A program made the position numbers and the translations under genes. Under the pieces are notes generated by a model, which had not been told where the DNA came from, did no database searches, and worked only from the letters and a program-made list of their open reading frames with translations. Below, one piece after another: positions 29,341 to 39,223 of a DNA stretch of 64,000 nt. Every line of letters begins with the position of its first letter. The first letter of the stretch is position 1. Source of the DNA: an uncultured Planctomycetaceae bacterium (GTDB lineage Bacteria; Planctomycetota; Planctomycetia; Pirellulales; PNKZ01); the NCBI GenBank assembly GCA_964652155.1, contig CAZZBK010000010.1, positions 3,863-67,862 of the forward strand, in the 5' to 3' direction.

Positions 29341-30123
29341 ATGCCCAACGAACCCAACACCACCGAACTGCTCGAACGCTTGGGTGCGTCGTTCGGTCGG
29401 CAGTTGGGCATCTATTCGTGGCCAACAAATCTGCGCGTGTCGGTCGTCGTGCCCGTGTTTAACGAGCAAGCCACGATCGATCCGCTCATCGAGCGCGTGC
29501 TGGCGACCGACTTGCCCCTCGAGGTCATCGTCGTCGATGATGGCAGCACCGACGGCACACGCGAGCGGCTCGCACGCTGGCGGGCACATCCCAACGTTCG
29601 CGTGCTGCGACTCGAGCGCAACGCGGGCAAAGGGGCGGCGCTGCGACACGGCTTCCAGCAGGCCACCGGAGACATCGTGGTCATGCAAGACGCCGACCTC
29701 GAGTACGATCCGGCCGAGTATCGCCGCGTCTTGCAACCCATTGTCGAGGGGCACGCCGACGTCGTCTTTGGCAGCCGTTTTCTGGGGCTCAGTCATCGCG
29801 TACTCTACTTCTGGCACTACCTAGGCAATCGGCTGCTCACGTTGCTGAGCAATCTCACCACGCAACTCAACCTCAGCGACATGGAGACCGGCTGCAAGGC
29901 GTTTCGACGCGAGCTGATCGCGCAACTGTTGCCCCGGCTGCGAGAAGATCGTTTCGGCATCGAACCCGAGCTGACCGCCAAACTGGCGCGAATCAAGGGG
30001 GTGCGCGTCTACGAAGTCGCGATCAGCTACACCGGTCGCACCTATGCCGACGGAAAAAAGATCACCTGGCGCGACGGGCTACGCGCCCTGTGGTGCATCG
30101 TGCGCTACGCCTGGTTCGACTAG
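29341..30123 (+). CDS. family 2 glycosyltransferase (polyprenyl-phosphate sugar synthase-like)
   Basis: VSVVVPVFNE...VIVVDDGSTDGT...MQDADLEYDP (DxD) motifs of GT2/Dpm1-like enzymes. Confidence 0.85.
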   Translation: MPNEPNTTELLERLGASFGRQLGIYSWPTNLRVSVVVPVFNEQATIDPLIERVLATDLPLEVIVVDDGSTDGTRERLARWRAHPNVRVLRLERNAGKGAALRHGFQQATGDIVVMQDADLEYDPAEYRRVLQPIVEGHADVVFGSRFLGLSHRVLYFWHYLGNRLLTLLSNLTTQLNLSDMETGCKAFRRELIAQLLPRLREDRFGIEPELTAKLARIKGVRVYEVAISYTGRTYADGKKITWRDGLRALWCIVRYAWFD

Positions 30124-30176
30124 CATTGCCACGCGGACGTGGCAATGGCACCCTTGGGGTACGCCTGGTTCGACTA
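30106..30176. repeat. 17-bp direct repeat (tacgcctggttcgacta x2) flanking a 37-nt insert with a perfect 10-bp hairpin
   Basis: Copies at 30106-30122 and 30160-30176. Hairpin cattgccacg-cgga-cgtggcaatg at 30124-30147. Confidence 0.85.
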
Positions 30177-31067
30177 ACGTGCGTCGTCGTGCCGCTGCAT
30201 GTCACCCTGCCGACGCCCACGCGCCACGACGCGATGAAAATGCAATTGCACCTCACGGGCCACCACGCGTCGCACCCCTTCGACCAAGCAGCGAGGCTCG
30301 TTGTCCTCTTGTCCCAAGCGAATCACATCCGCAAGCGGCATCCCTGGCGGAATCTGGAACGTTGACTGATAGATCGTCTGGTTCCCCGCGTCGAGATCGG
30401 GCACGATAAAGTGACACGTCGCACCGAAGGTCAACATCCGCGAACGGTATGCGTCGTGATACGGTCGTATGCCCGGAAAACTGGGCAGCAAGCCGTGATG
30501 CAAATTGATGATCCGACCGCCTGCGTACTTCCAGCAGCTACTCGGCGGCAACACTCGCATATAGCGGGCCAGTACGATGTAGTCGACCTCATATCGATCG
30601 CACAGGTCGATCAACTGCTCGTCATCGGCGTCGCCGCGCTCGTCGCCCACCTGATGCCACGGTACGTTGAACTGCTCGGCCAGATAGCGACAGTTGGCCC
30701 GATTGCCCAACACCACGGCCGGCTCGGCCTGAATCTGACCGTCTCGCATCGCACGCAACAGGGCCAACGGCGTCTCGGCGCGAATCGTCGTGCAGATCGC
30801 GATCCGAGGCCGGTTTGCCCGCAGGTCGGGTGACCAGACACGAATCGAGAGCTGCTTGGTCTTGGCGATCTCCTGCATCGCTTCGCGGAGCGCGGCAAAC
30901 TCAGCGTGCGGCAGCTCCATGCGCAAGAGCATGGCGAACAGCCGCTCCTCGTCGTGATCGTACATCTGAATCTCGGCGATGTTGGCTCCCTGACCGGTCG
31001 CATAATGCACGATCGGATCGGCCAGTCCGCGATGATCGGGGCCCACGGCGGTAATTACGACTTGCAT
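30174..31067 (-). CDS. purU: formyltetrahydrofolate deformylase
   Basis: N-terminal ACT-like domain (VITAVGPDHRGLADPI) plus formyltransferase core (NLHHGLLPSFPGIRPYHDAY). Length typical of PurU. Confidence 0.88.
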   Translation of the reverse strand: MQVVITAVGPDHRGLADPIVHYATGQGANIAEIQMYDHDEERLFAMLLRMELPHAEFAALREAMQEIAKTKQLSIRVWSPDLRANRPRIAICTTIRAETPLALLRAMRDGQIQAEPAVVLGNRANCRYLAEQFNVPWHQVGDERGDADDEQLIDLCDRYEVDYIVLARYMRVLPPSSCWKYAGGRIINLHHGLLPSFPGIRPYHDAYRSRMLTFGATCHFIVPDLDAGNQTIYQSTFQIPPGMPLADVIRLGQEDNEPRCLVEGVRRVVAREVQLHFHRVVARGRRQGDMQRHDDAR

Positions 31068-31225
31068 GACGCTTTTGAACCTGGAGGCGTTTGAATACGA
31101 TCGCTGCTCAACTATCCATCACGCTTCGACGATGTCCAGTAAGACAAGTTGGCACAGCCTCACGACCGGCATTCCCGCTACAATCGGCGGTAACTTGCTT
31201 GACACACGCATGGGTCCGTGATGAT

Positions 31226-33289
31226 ATGTCCACAGTGTCTGGGCTTCATGGCTGCTTCCAGGAGGTTCTCGTGCTTCGTCAACTTGCTTCTCTCGCCGCG
31301 CTCGTGGGCGCGCTGTGGACCACCTTCGCCACGGCGGCCGTCGTGCAAATTGAAATCAAAGAGCGCGAACCGTATGCCGAGGGGCGCGCGATGGGCGATC
31401 GCGGGCCGTATGAGCGGCTCACGGGCCGCGTGCGTTATGCGATCGACCCCAAGGCCAAGGTCAACAGCCAGATCATCGATGTCGAGCTCGCGCCGCGCAA
31501 CGCCCAGGGGCTCGTCGAGTTCGCCGGCGACATCGAGATTTGGGCGCCACGCGATCTGAGCAAAGCCAGCGGCACGCTGCTGTACGATGTGAACAACCGT
31601 GGCAACAAGACCGCGCCGAATATGTTCAACGGTGGGGCCGACGAGTTTCTGCTGCGACAAGGCTACATTGTGATGTGGAGCGGTTGGATACATGAGGTGC
31701 TGCCGGGCAATGGCCGCTTGCAGTTCACCGCTCCCGTCGCGATCGAAGCAGGGAAACCGCTCCGCGGCGTAACGCGCGCCGACTGGGTCGTGAGCAGCGA
31801 GGCCCAGAAGGCCAATATCGCGCACCGTGGCATCTTGGGCAGCTACCGTCCCGCCAGCAACCCCACGACCCCGCCGCGACTCACACGCCGACTCAACGCC
31901 GACGACCCGCGCGAAGAAATTTATCCCGACCAGTGGAGCTTCGTCGTCACCGATGTCGATGCCGACGGCCGAAGCAGTCAGTTACCACTCGTCGAGGTCG
32001 AGATCAAAGGGGGCGTCAAGCCGGGCTACATCTACGAGGTGGTCTACGAGGCCGAAGGGAGCGTCGTGCAAGGGACCGGCATGGCCGGCATGCGCGATCT
32101 GCTCTCCGCCCTGCGACATGACACGAGCGCGACCAACCCCTTGCGGCGGGCCGACGGCTCCCCAGCGGTCAAATACGTGCTCGGCTTTGGCACCTCGCAG
32201 AGCGGACGCTTGCTGCGGCAGTTCTTGTTCGACGGCTTCAATGTCGATGAACAGGGACGGCGGGTGTTCGATGGCGTCATGCCGCACGTCGCCGGTGGCG
32301 GGTTGGGTTTTTTCAACCACCGCTTTGCGAGCCCCACACGCACCAATGGCCAGCACGAGGAGATGCTCTTCCCGGCCGATTATTTCCCGTTCACCTATGG
32401 CGATTCGACTGACCCGTTCACCGGCCAGGTCGACGGCATCTTGCATAAGTGTCGCGAGACGAACACGGTGCCCAAGGTCATGCACACGCAATCCTCAAGC
32501 GAGTACTGGCACCGCAGCGGCTCGTTGGTGCATACCGACCCACGCGGCGAAAAAGACGCGGAGATTCCCAGCGACGTACGGATTTACTCCTTCGGCGGCA
32601 CCCAGCATGGCGCGGGGAGCGGGCTGCCGGGAGAAAAAGGGGGCGCGCAGCTCATCGGCAACCCGGCCGATTATCGCCCGTTGCTCCGTGGTCTGATCGT
32701 GGCGCTCGATGCCTGGGTTCGAGAAGGTCGCGAGCCGCCCAAGAGCGTGTACCCAAAACTCAGCGACCGCTCGCTTGTAGCGTTCCACGAATCGAACAGC
32801 GGTTGGCATAAACTGTCCGGGGTCACCTATCCGCTCGTCATGCACTTGCCGCCGCTGGTCGATCGCGGACCCGATTGGGCCTTGCGGCGGATCACCACGA
32901 TCGAGCCTCCCAAGGTGCTCGGGCGATACGGAGCGAAAGTGCCCGCGTATCGGGCCGACAACAACGAACTAGGCACGCTCAACCTGCCGGCGATCGACGC
33001 TCCGGTGGCCACATACACCAGTTGGAACATGCGCAGCGAACGGATCGGCGCACCGGGCGAACTGTTGGGCCTGCAAGGCGCGTACATTCCGCTACTCAAA
33101 ACGCAAACGCAAGCACAGCAGGCCCAGGACCCTCGTCCCGCGCTGCTCAAGCGTTACCGTGATTTTTCCGATTACCAGCAGCAGTACCTTGGCGTGGCGC
33201 AGCGACTGATCGAGCAACGCTACGTGCTCGCGGAAGATCTGCCGCGACTCAAGGCCCTGAGCGAACAGCATCGCCCGCTGTTCGAGTAG
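31226..33289 (+). CDS. secreted alpha/beta-hydrolase-domain protein of unknown function
   Basis: Signal-like N-terminus. GFGTSQSGRLLRQFLFDGFNVDEQGRRVFDGVMPHVAGGG contains a GxSxG elbow. It resembles an uncharacterised alpha/beta-hydrolase domain family (from memory). Start at ATG 31226. Confidence 0.55.
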   Translation: MSTVSGLHGCFQEVLVLRQLASLAALVGALWTTFATAAVVQIEIKEREPYAEGRAMGDRGPYERLTGRVRYAIDPKAKVNSQIIDVELAPRNAQGLVEFAGDIEIWAPRDLSKASGTLLYDVNNRGNKTAPNMFNGGADEFLLRQGYIVMWSGWIHEVLPGNGRLQFTAPVAIEAGKPLRGVTRADWVVSSEAQKANIAHRGILGSYRPASNPTTPPRLTRRLNADDPREEIYPDQWSFVVTDVDADGRSSQLPLVEVEIKGGVKPGYIYEVVYEAEGSVVQGTGMAGMRDLLSALRHDTSATNPLRRADGSPAVKYVLGFGTSQSGRLLRQFLFDGFNVDEQGRRVFDGVMPHVAGGGLGFFNHRFASPTRTNGQHEEMLFPADYFPFTYGDSTDPFTGQVDGILHKCRETNTVPKVMHTQSSSEYWHRSGSLVHTDPRGEKDAEIPSDVRIYSFGGTQHGAGSGLPGEKGGAQLIGNPADYRPLLRGLIVALDAWVREGREPPKSVYPKLSDRSLVAFHESNSGWHKLSGVTYPLVMHLPPLVDRGPDWALRRITTIEPPKVLGRYGAKVPAYRADNNELGTLNLPAIDAPVATYTSWNMRSERIGAPGELLGLQGAYIPLLKTQTQAQQAQDPRPALLKRYRDFSDYQQQYLGVAQRLIEQRYVLAEDLPRLKALSEQHRPLFE

Positions 33290-33340
33290 TCGATAGGATA
33301 CGCTGACGAAGACAACCTTTTAACGTTGGGAGGAAATCCG

Positions 33341-34675
33341 ATGCCTCGCGTCTCACGTCGTCGCTTTCTGCACACTACCGCGGCGGGTTCGTTGGCCTTC
33401 GCCGCGCCGGCGATCGTGCGCGGTCGCAATCTCAACAACAAGCTCAAGCTGGCGCTGATCGGTGTCGGCGGCCGGGGTGGCGCTCACTTCGCCGCCGCGT
33501 CGCAAGAGCACGTCAGCGCCATCTGCGATGTCTACGAGCCCACACTCGCCCGAGTGGGCGAGAAGTTCACCGAGGCGAAAAAGTACGTCGACTTCCGCAA
33601 GCTCTACGACCGCGCGCAAGATTTCGATGCCGTGATCGTCAGCACCTGCGAACACACACACGCCTTCGCCACGCTACCGGCCTTGCAGTTGGGTAAGCAC
33701 GTGTACTGTGAGAAGCCGCTCACGCATGGCATATGGGAGTCGCGTGTGATTCGCGAGGCAGCCGCCAAGGCCAAGGTTGCCACGCAGATGGGGATTCAAA
33801 TTCACGCCGGAGAAAATTATCGCCGCGTGGTCGAGTTGATCCAGACCGGAGCGATCGGACCGGTCCGCGAGGCGCACGTGTGGGTCTCGCGTGCCTGGGG
33901 ATGGCAGGGCTCGGCCGCCGAGGCCGAGAAGAACAAGGACATTGTGACCATCCAAAACCGTCCCACCGAGCCCGCGACGATACCACCCGGCTTGAATTGG
34001 GACCTGTGGCTGGGACCGGCCCCGGCGCGACCGTATCACGATGTGTATTTTCCCGGCCCGAAATGGTATCGCTGGTGGGATTTTGGCAGCGGCACGATGT
34101 CGGACCTCGGCAGCCATTGGAACGACTTGCCCTTCTGGGCGCTCAAGCTCCAGGCTCCGCGCACGGTCGAGGCGTCGGGGCCAAGCGTTCATCCCGAACT
34201 CGCCCCCGCGTCGATGCAAGCCACCTACGAGTACGACGCCCGCGGCGACATGCCTCCGGTCAAGTTCACCTGGTACCAAGGGGTCAACAAGCCGCCGCAA
34301 TTCATCGACGGCACGATCCCCAACTGGGCCAGCGGCGTGTTGTTCGTCGGCGACAAGGGGATGCTGCTCAGCGACTACAGCAAGTACAAGTTGCTGCCCG
34401 AGGACAAGTTCTCCGGCTTCAAACCGCCCGAGCCGTTCATTGCGCGTTCGCCGGGTCAGCAACTCGAGTGGCTCGAGTGTTGCAAGAACGGCACGCAACC
34501 CTCAGCCAACTTCGAGTACTCCGGCTGGCTGACCGAGGCGAACCACCTCGGCAACGTCGCCTATCGACTCGGCAAAAAGATCGAATGGAACGCCGCCGAG
34601 CTACGCTGCCCGAACGCTCCCGAGGCCGACGCGCTCATTCATCGCGCGTACCGCGCCCCGTGGAAGCTCGCGTGA
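33341..34675 (+). CDS. Tat-exported Gfo/Idh/MocA family oxidoreductase
   Basis: GGGAGGA RBS upstream of ATG 33341. Twin-arginine signal [35 protein letters not shown] Rossmann start. Confidence 0.85.
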   Translation: MPRVSRRRFLHTTAAGSLAFAAPAIVRGRNLNNKLKLALIGVGGRGGAHFAAASQEHVSAICDVYEPTLARVGEKFTEAKKYVDFRKLYDRAQDFDAVIVSTCEHTHAFATLPALQLGKHVYCEKPLTHGIWESRVIREAAAKAKVATQMGIQIHAGENYRRVVELIQTGAIGPVREAHVWVSRAWGWQGSAAEAEKNKDIVTIQNRPTEPATIPPGLNWDLWLGPAPARPYHDVYFPGPKWYRWWDFGSGTMSDLGSHWNDLPFWALKLQAPRTVEASGPSVHPELAPASMQATYEYDARGDMPPVKFTWYQGVNKPPQFIDGTIPNWASGVLFVGDKGMLLSDYSKYKLLPEDKFSGFKPPEPFIARSPGQQLEWLECCKNGTQPSANFEYSGWLTEANHLGNVAYRLGKKIEWNAAELRCPNAPEADALIHRAYRAPWKLA

Positions 34676-34695
34676 TACCGTTCGTTTTTGATTCG

Positions 34696-35211
34696 CTAAT
34701 CGCGAATGGGGACCGAGCGGATCGGGACCATGTCGAGCAGCACAAACTCCTGCTGCGAGGTCAGGTCCGGTCGGGCCAACGTCGTGGAGTTGTAGGCAAA
34801 GGTGTACACGCCCATCTTGCCGCTGTTGACTTCAGTGATGTAGATGGCGCTGGGGGCCAATTTGAAATTGCTGCCGGTGCGTAGATAGACGTCGCCGGTC
34901 ACAATCGCAAATTTCGGAGGCTTGCCTGCCTCAAGCTTGAAGTCGTTCACGATATTGCGATGGTAGCTGATGCTGAACTTGCGCGTGCCCGGGTTGAGGA
35001 CCGCGCCATTCATGTCTCCGGTGAGAAAATCGAGCGTGACGACCGCCTCGATCCCCGTGTCGACCGCACACGTGGCGAGTGCAAAGTTTTCCTGGCGATC
35101 GGTGGCCACGGCAAACACCGGTGTCGGCCGAGACAAATCTGCCAGCCACGCTCCGCCGAGCAGTCCGACGACCAGCCACATCCAGGGTTGCTCAGCCCAT
35201 TTGCGTACCAC
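34696..35211 (-). CDS. hypothetical membrane-anchored/exported protein
   Basis: Hydrophobic anchor WMWLVVGLLGGAWLA followed by a beta-rich domain. Start uncertain (GTG 35211, ATG 35181 or ATG 35382). Confidence 0.4.
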   Translation of the reverse strand: MVRKWAEQPWMWLVVGLLGGAWLADLSRPTPVFAVATDRQENFALATCAVDTGIEAVVTLDFLTGDMNGAVLNPGTRKFSISYHRNIVNDFKLEAGKPPKFAIVTGDVYLRTGSNFKLAPSAIYITEVNSGKMGVYTFAYNSTTLARPDLTSQQEFVLLDMVPIRSVPIRD

Positions 35212-35508
35212 GACAAGTTCTCCACGAGGAAACGACGCTGGCCACGGCGCGACACAGCTCGATCGGCCCTGCCAAGGGGCACCTAGGAAACATAGCTCAC
35301 GAACCGTCAGAACAACGGGGGCGATTCGCGAGGCAAATTCGCGACCTGAGCCATCGGCGTTAGACCTCGATACGATACGCATGTGTCTTCAGGCAAGCCA
35401 CTTGCGTTAATCAAGGCCCGGAAACGAACCCATCTCGAACAGGCGATTTACAGCGGCGCGGGCATGCCGTAAAACCTGAGCACACCCGCTCCGACTCGGA
35501 ACCCTCTC

Positions 35509-36450
35509 ATGTTGCTCAATCCCCGTTCGGCTCAACGCTTCGATACGATGGTGAACTCGGCGGCAGCTTTGCATGCCGTGGTGCAGGAAATTGCCGGTGC
35601 AACGGTCCTGGATCTGGGCATCGCGGTCCCGGGGGGACTTGAGGCCGGCGTGCAACTCGCCCAGTTGTGCCTAGCCGATCTGGCGACGGTCGCCGTTGTG
35701 AGCGGAGACACCACGTTGTGGCCAGGACCGGCCGTCGCGGTCCGCACCGATCATCCGGTGGCGGCGTGTCTGGCCTCGCAATATGCCGGCTGGCAACTCG
35801 CGCACGGCAAGTTCTTTGCCCTGGGCTCGGGACCCATGCGGGCCGCGGGGAGCAAGGAGCCGTTGTTCAATGACATCGGCCTGCGAGAGCTCGCCACGCG
35901 GGTCGTTGGCATACTGGAGACCCGCAAGCTGCCGCCGCCAGAAATCGTGGAACAGATTGCGCACTCGTGCAACGTCGAGCCGCGCGAGGTCTGCCTCGCC
36001 GTGGCACCCACGGCCTCGCTGGCTGGCTCGGTGCAGGTCGTTGCCCGCAGCGTCGAAACCGCCCTGCACAAGCTCCATGAGTTGCATTTCGATGTGTCGC
36101 GCGTCGTGAGCGGCTGGGGCGTCGCGCCGTTGCCTCCGATCGCCAAGGATGACCTTGCGGCCATTGGTCGCACGAACGACGCCATTCTCTACGGTGGAGA
36201 CGTGACACTGTACGTGCGTGGCGACGACGACAGCCTCAGGCAACTCGGTCCCCAAGTGCCGAGTTGCTCATCGAGCGACTACGGACAGCCCTTCGGCGAG
36301 ATATTTCGTCATTACAACTACGATTTCTATAAGATCGATCCGTTGCTGTTCAGTCCCGCTCGTATCTGCTTCATGAATCTCGACACGGGTCAAACGCACC
36401 GCTTCGGCAAACTGAACCCCGCGCTCGTCCACAAGTCGTTCACCTCCTAA
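35509..36450 (+). CDS. mch: methenyltetrahydromethanopterin cyclohydrolase
   Basis: 313 aa. DHPVAACLASQYAGWQL...FALGSGPMRA and overall similarity to Mch of the H4MPT-linked C1 pathway, which is known in planctomycetes. Confidence 0.85.
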   Translation: MLLNPRSAQRFDTMVNSAAALHAVVQEIAGATVLDLGIAVPGGLEAGVQLAQLCLADLATVAVVSGDTTLWPGPAVAVRTDHPVAACLASQYAGWQLAHGKFFALGSGPMRAAGSKEPLFNDIGLRELATRVVGILETRKLPPPEIVEQIAHSCNVEPREVCLAVAPTASLAGSVQVVARSVETALHKLHELHFDVSRVVSGWGVAPLPPIAKDDLAAIGRTNDAILYGGDVTLYVRGDDDSLRQLGPQVPSCSSSDYGQPFGEIFRHYNYDFYKIDPLLFSPARICFMNLDTGQTHRFGKLNPALVHKSFTS

Positions 36451-36511
36451 CCCTTCTCTGTCTACTCTTTTCCTCACTGCCTACTGTCTACTGCCTACTC
36501 TTCTGCGGCAC
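36451..36511 (+). repeat. pyrimidine-rich spacer with tandem CTGYCTA heptamers
   Basis: cccttctctgtctactcttttcctcactgcctactgtctactgcctactcttctgcggcac, between the mch stop and the ATP-grasp start. Confidence 0.6.
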
Positions 36512-37396
36512 ATGAAATTCGCGGTCCTCTGCAATCCCGAGAGTTGGTACTTGCGCGATCTCACGCGAGCGGCTCGAGCACGGCATCAGATCGTGCCTTG
36601 TTCGTTTCGCGCGATGCATGCCGCGCTCGGCGCGCACGAGACGCTCATGAGCGAAGGCCTCGACCTGGGGAGCGTCGACGCGGTGCTCGTGCGCACGATG
36701 CCCCCCGGCTCGTTGGAACAGGTCGTGTTTCGCATGGACCTGTTGGGGCGTCTGCAACGACAGGGGCGCGTGGTCGTTAATCCGCCCAAGGCGGTCGAGG
36801 CGGCCGTCGACAAGTATCTCACCTCGGCCTTGCTGCAACAGGCCGGCCTGCAGGTACCACGCACCTTCGTGTGTCAAACAGCCGACGACGCGCTCGCGGC
36901 CTTCGCCCAACTCGGGGGAGACGTGGTGCTCAAGCCTCTGTTCGGAGCCGAGGGGCGCGGCATCGCTCGCTTGCAAGACGAGGCGATCGCCGAACGCACC
37001 TTCAAAATGCTCGAGCAGCTCGGCGCGGTCCTGTACTTGCAGCAGTTCATTCCACACGAAGGGTACGATCTACGGCTGCTCGTGATCGGCGAACAGGTCT
37101 TTGGCATGCGACGCCGCAACGAACTCGATTGGCGAACCAACATCAGCCGGGGCGCAACGCCCGAACCGTTCACGGCCGACGCGGAGCTTTGCGAGCTGGC
37201 GCATCGTGCCGCTCGAGCCGTGGGCGCGCCGGTGGCGGGGGTCGATTTACTCCCCGGCCGCGACGGCGCGCTTTATGCCATCGAGGTGAACGCGGTCCCC
37301 GGCTGGCAAGCCCTCGCCAAGGCGCATCAACTTGACGTCGCCGCGTTGGTGCTCGAGTACGTGGCCGAGCAAGTGCAGCGAGGAGCGCACGAATGA
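36512..37396 (+). CDS. RimK-type ATP-grasp ligase (MptN-like, tetrahydromethanopterin glutamate ligase candidate)
   Basis: ATP-grasp blocks VVLKPLFGAEGRGI, YLQQFIPHEGYDLRLLVIG, AGVDLLP...YAIEVNAVPGW. The mch/ATP-grasp adjacency mirrors methylotroph H4MPT clusters. Confidence 0.7.
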   Translation: MKFAVLCNPESWYLRDLTRAARARHQIVPCSFRAMHAALGAHETLMSEGLDLGSVDAVLVRTMPPGSLEQVVFRMDLLGRLQRQGRVVVNPPKAVEAAVDKYLTSALLQQAGLQVPRTFVCQTADDALAAFAQLGGDVVLKPLFGAEGRGIARLQDEAIAERTFKMLEQLGAVLYLQQFIPHEGYDLRLLVIGEQVFGMRRRNELDWRTNISRGATPEPFTADAELCELAHRAARAVGAPVAGVDLLPGRDGALYAIEVNAVPGWQALAKAHQLDVAALVLEYVAEQVQRGAHE

Positions 37397-39198
37397 CGCG
37401 ACTCGAGGCGACCGTGAACGTTGCCGCGCTCATGCACGACCAGGCCCGGCAGCGAGGCGATCAAGTGGCGCTCGTCGAGAGCCGCCGCGGCGCGTATCGC
37501 ACGATCACGTTTCGCGAACTGGACGAGCACAGCGATCGAATCGCAGCCGCCCTGCGTGCTTGGGGCGTGCCGCGGGGCACGCGACTGGCGCTGCTCGTGC
37601 CTCCAAGCATCGAGTTCGTCACGCTGGTCTTTGCCCTGTTCAAGGCGGGCGTGGTGGCGATCCTCATCGACCCCGGCATGGGCAAGCAGCACTTGATCGA
37701 CTGCCTCGCCGCGGCACGGCCCGAAGGGTTCGTCGGTATTCCCCGCGCACAACTGGCTCGCGTGTTGTATCGCAAGCGGTTTCCACAGGCACGCTGGAAC
37801 GTGACCGTCGGCCGGCGGTGGTTTTGGGGCGGACGCACGCTCGCCGAGTTGCTCCATTTCCCTCTCCCAGCGGGAGAGGGTGGCCGAAGGCCGGGTGAGG
37901 GGAGTTCAGAGTGTGACTCGGCACCCCATCTTGATGACAGCTCAGTACACCCCTCATCCGTCTCGCTGCACTCGCCACCTTCTCCCGGAGGGAGAAGTGA
38001 GTTCGCACAGATCGCCCTGACTCAAGCCGACGACCCGGCGGCGATCATCTTCACCACCGGCAGCACCGGCCCGCCCAAGGGAGTGTTGTACCATCACGGC
38101 AACTTCGCGGAGCAAGTCGCCGAGATTCGCGCACGTTACTTTATCGAACCGGGCGGCGTCGATCTGGCGTGTTTCCCACTGTTCGGACTCTTCAACGCGG
38201 CACTCGGCTTGACGACCGTGATACCGGACATGGACGCGACACGCCCCGCGCGGGCCGACCCCGCCAAGATCGTACAGGCGGTGCGCGATTGGCAGGTGAC
38301 GCAGTCCTTCGGCTCGCCGGCCGTCTGGCATCGCGTGGGACCCTACTGCCAGCAACAGCGGATCGTGCTCGAATCGCTGCGGCATGTGTACTCGGCCGGG
38401 GCACCCATTCCGCCGCGCGTCATGCAAACGATGCTCGCATGTTTGCCCAGTGATGCCGACATGCAAACGCCTTATGGAGCGACCGAGGCCTTGCCGGTGG
38501 CGTCGATATCGGCCCATGAAGTGCTCGGCGAGACGCGTGCCAAGTGGGCCGCCGGGGCCGGCACCTGCGTCGGGACACGCTTTCCGCAGATCGATTGGAA
38601 GGTGATTCGCATCGTCGAGGGCCCGATCGTATCGCTTGCAGAGATCGACGAGTTGCCGCGCGGCGAGATCGGCGAACTCATCGTGCGTGGGGCGGTCGTC
38701 ACGCGCGAATACGTCACGCGCATTGAGAGCAACGCCCTGGCCAAGATCGCCGAGGGTGACCAAGTCTGGCATCGGATGGGTGACGTCGGTTACCTCGACG
38801 AGCGCGAACGGTTTTGGTTTTGCGGCCGACTGGCCCATCGCGTGACGACGAGCCGCGGCACGTTGTTTACCGACCCGTGCGAAGGGGTCTTTAATCAGCA
38901 TCCGCGCGCGGCGCGAAGCGCCTTGGTCGGGGTCGGCCCCGCCGGGAGTCAAACGCCCGTGATGGTCGTCGAGCCGCTCGCCGAACATTGGCCGCAGAGT
39001 GGCGAGTCTGAGCGGCAATGGATTGCCGAGTTGCGTGAGCTAGGCCAGCGACACGACGTAACGCGCGATATCGATCAATTTTTGTTCCATCGCTCGTTTC
39101 CAGTCGATATTCGTCACAACGCCAAAATCTTCCGCGAGAAATTGGCGCTCTGGGCCGCAAATCAACTGGGCAGAGGCAATGGTTCTGGAATAAAATAG
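37393..39198 (+). CDS. OleC-like adenylate-forming enzyme (beta-lactone synthetase / fatty-acid CoA ligase family) with an in-frame insertion
   Basis: AMP-binding motifs IIFTTGSTGPPKG, TPYGATEALPV, GEIGELIVRG, HRMGDVGYLDERERFWFCGR and the C-terminal FPVDIRHNAKIFREKLA block that I recall from OleC. The ATG overlaps the upstream stop (ATGA at 37393-37396). Confidence 0.8.
   Translation: MTRLEATVNVAALMHDQARQRGDQVALVESRRGAYRTITFRELDEHSDRIAAALRAWGVPRGTRLALLVPPSIEFVTLVFALFKAGVVAILIDPGMGKQHLIDCLAAARPEGFVGIPRAQLARVLYRKRFPQARWNVTVGRRWFWGGRTLAELLHFPLPAGEGGRRPGEGSSECDSAPHLDDSSVHPSSVSLHSPPSPGGRSEFAQIALTQADDPAAIIFTTGSTGPPKGVLYHHGNFAEQVAEIRARYFIEPGGVDLACFPLFGLFNAALGLTTVIPDMDATRPARADPAKIVQAVRDWQVTQSFGSPAVWHRVGPYCQQQRIVLESLRHVYSAGAPIPPRVMQTMLACLPSDADMQTPYGATEALPVASISAHEVLGETRAKWAAGAGTCVGTRFPQIDWKVIRIVEGPIVSLAEIDELPRGEIGELIVRGAVVTREYVTRIESNALAKIAEGDQVWHRMGDVGYLDERERFWFCGRLAHRVTTSRGTLFTDPCEGVFNQHPRAARSALVGVGPAGSQTPVMVVEPLAEHWPQSGESERQWIAELRELGQRHDVTRDIDQFLFHRSFPVDIRHNAKIFREKLALWAANQLGRGNGSGIK
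37860..37997 (+). repeat. composite palindromic element embedded in frame inside the OleC-like CDS
   Basis: ccctctccc-agc-gggagaggg (37860-37880), gtgagggg (37895-37902) / cccctcat (37950-37957), cttctccc-gga-gggagaag (37979-37997). Confidence 0.7.
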
Positions 39199-39223
39199 GG
39201 CAGGTATATCTAGGAGCTTGGCT

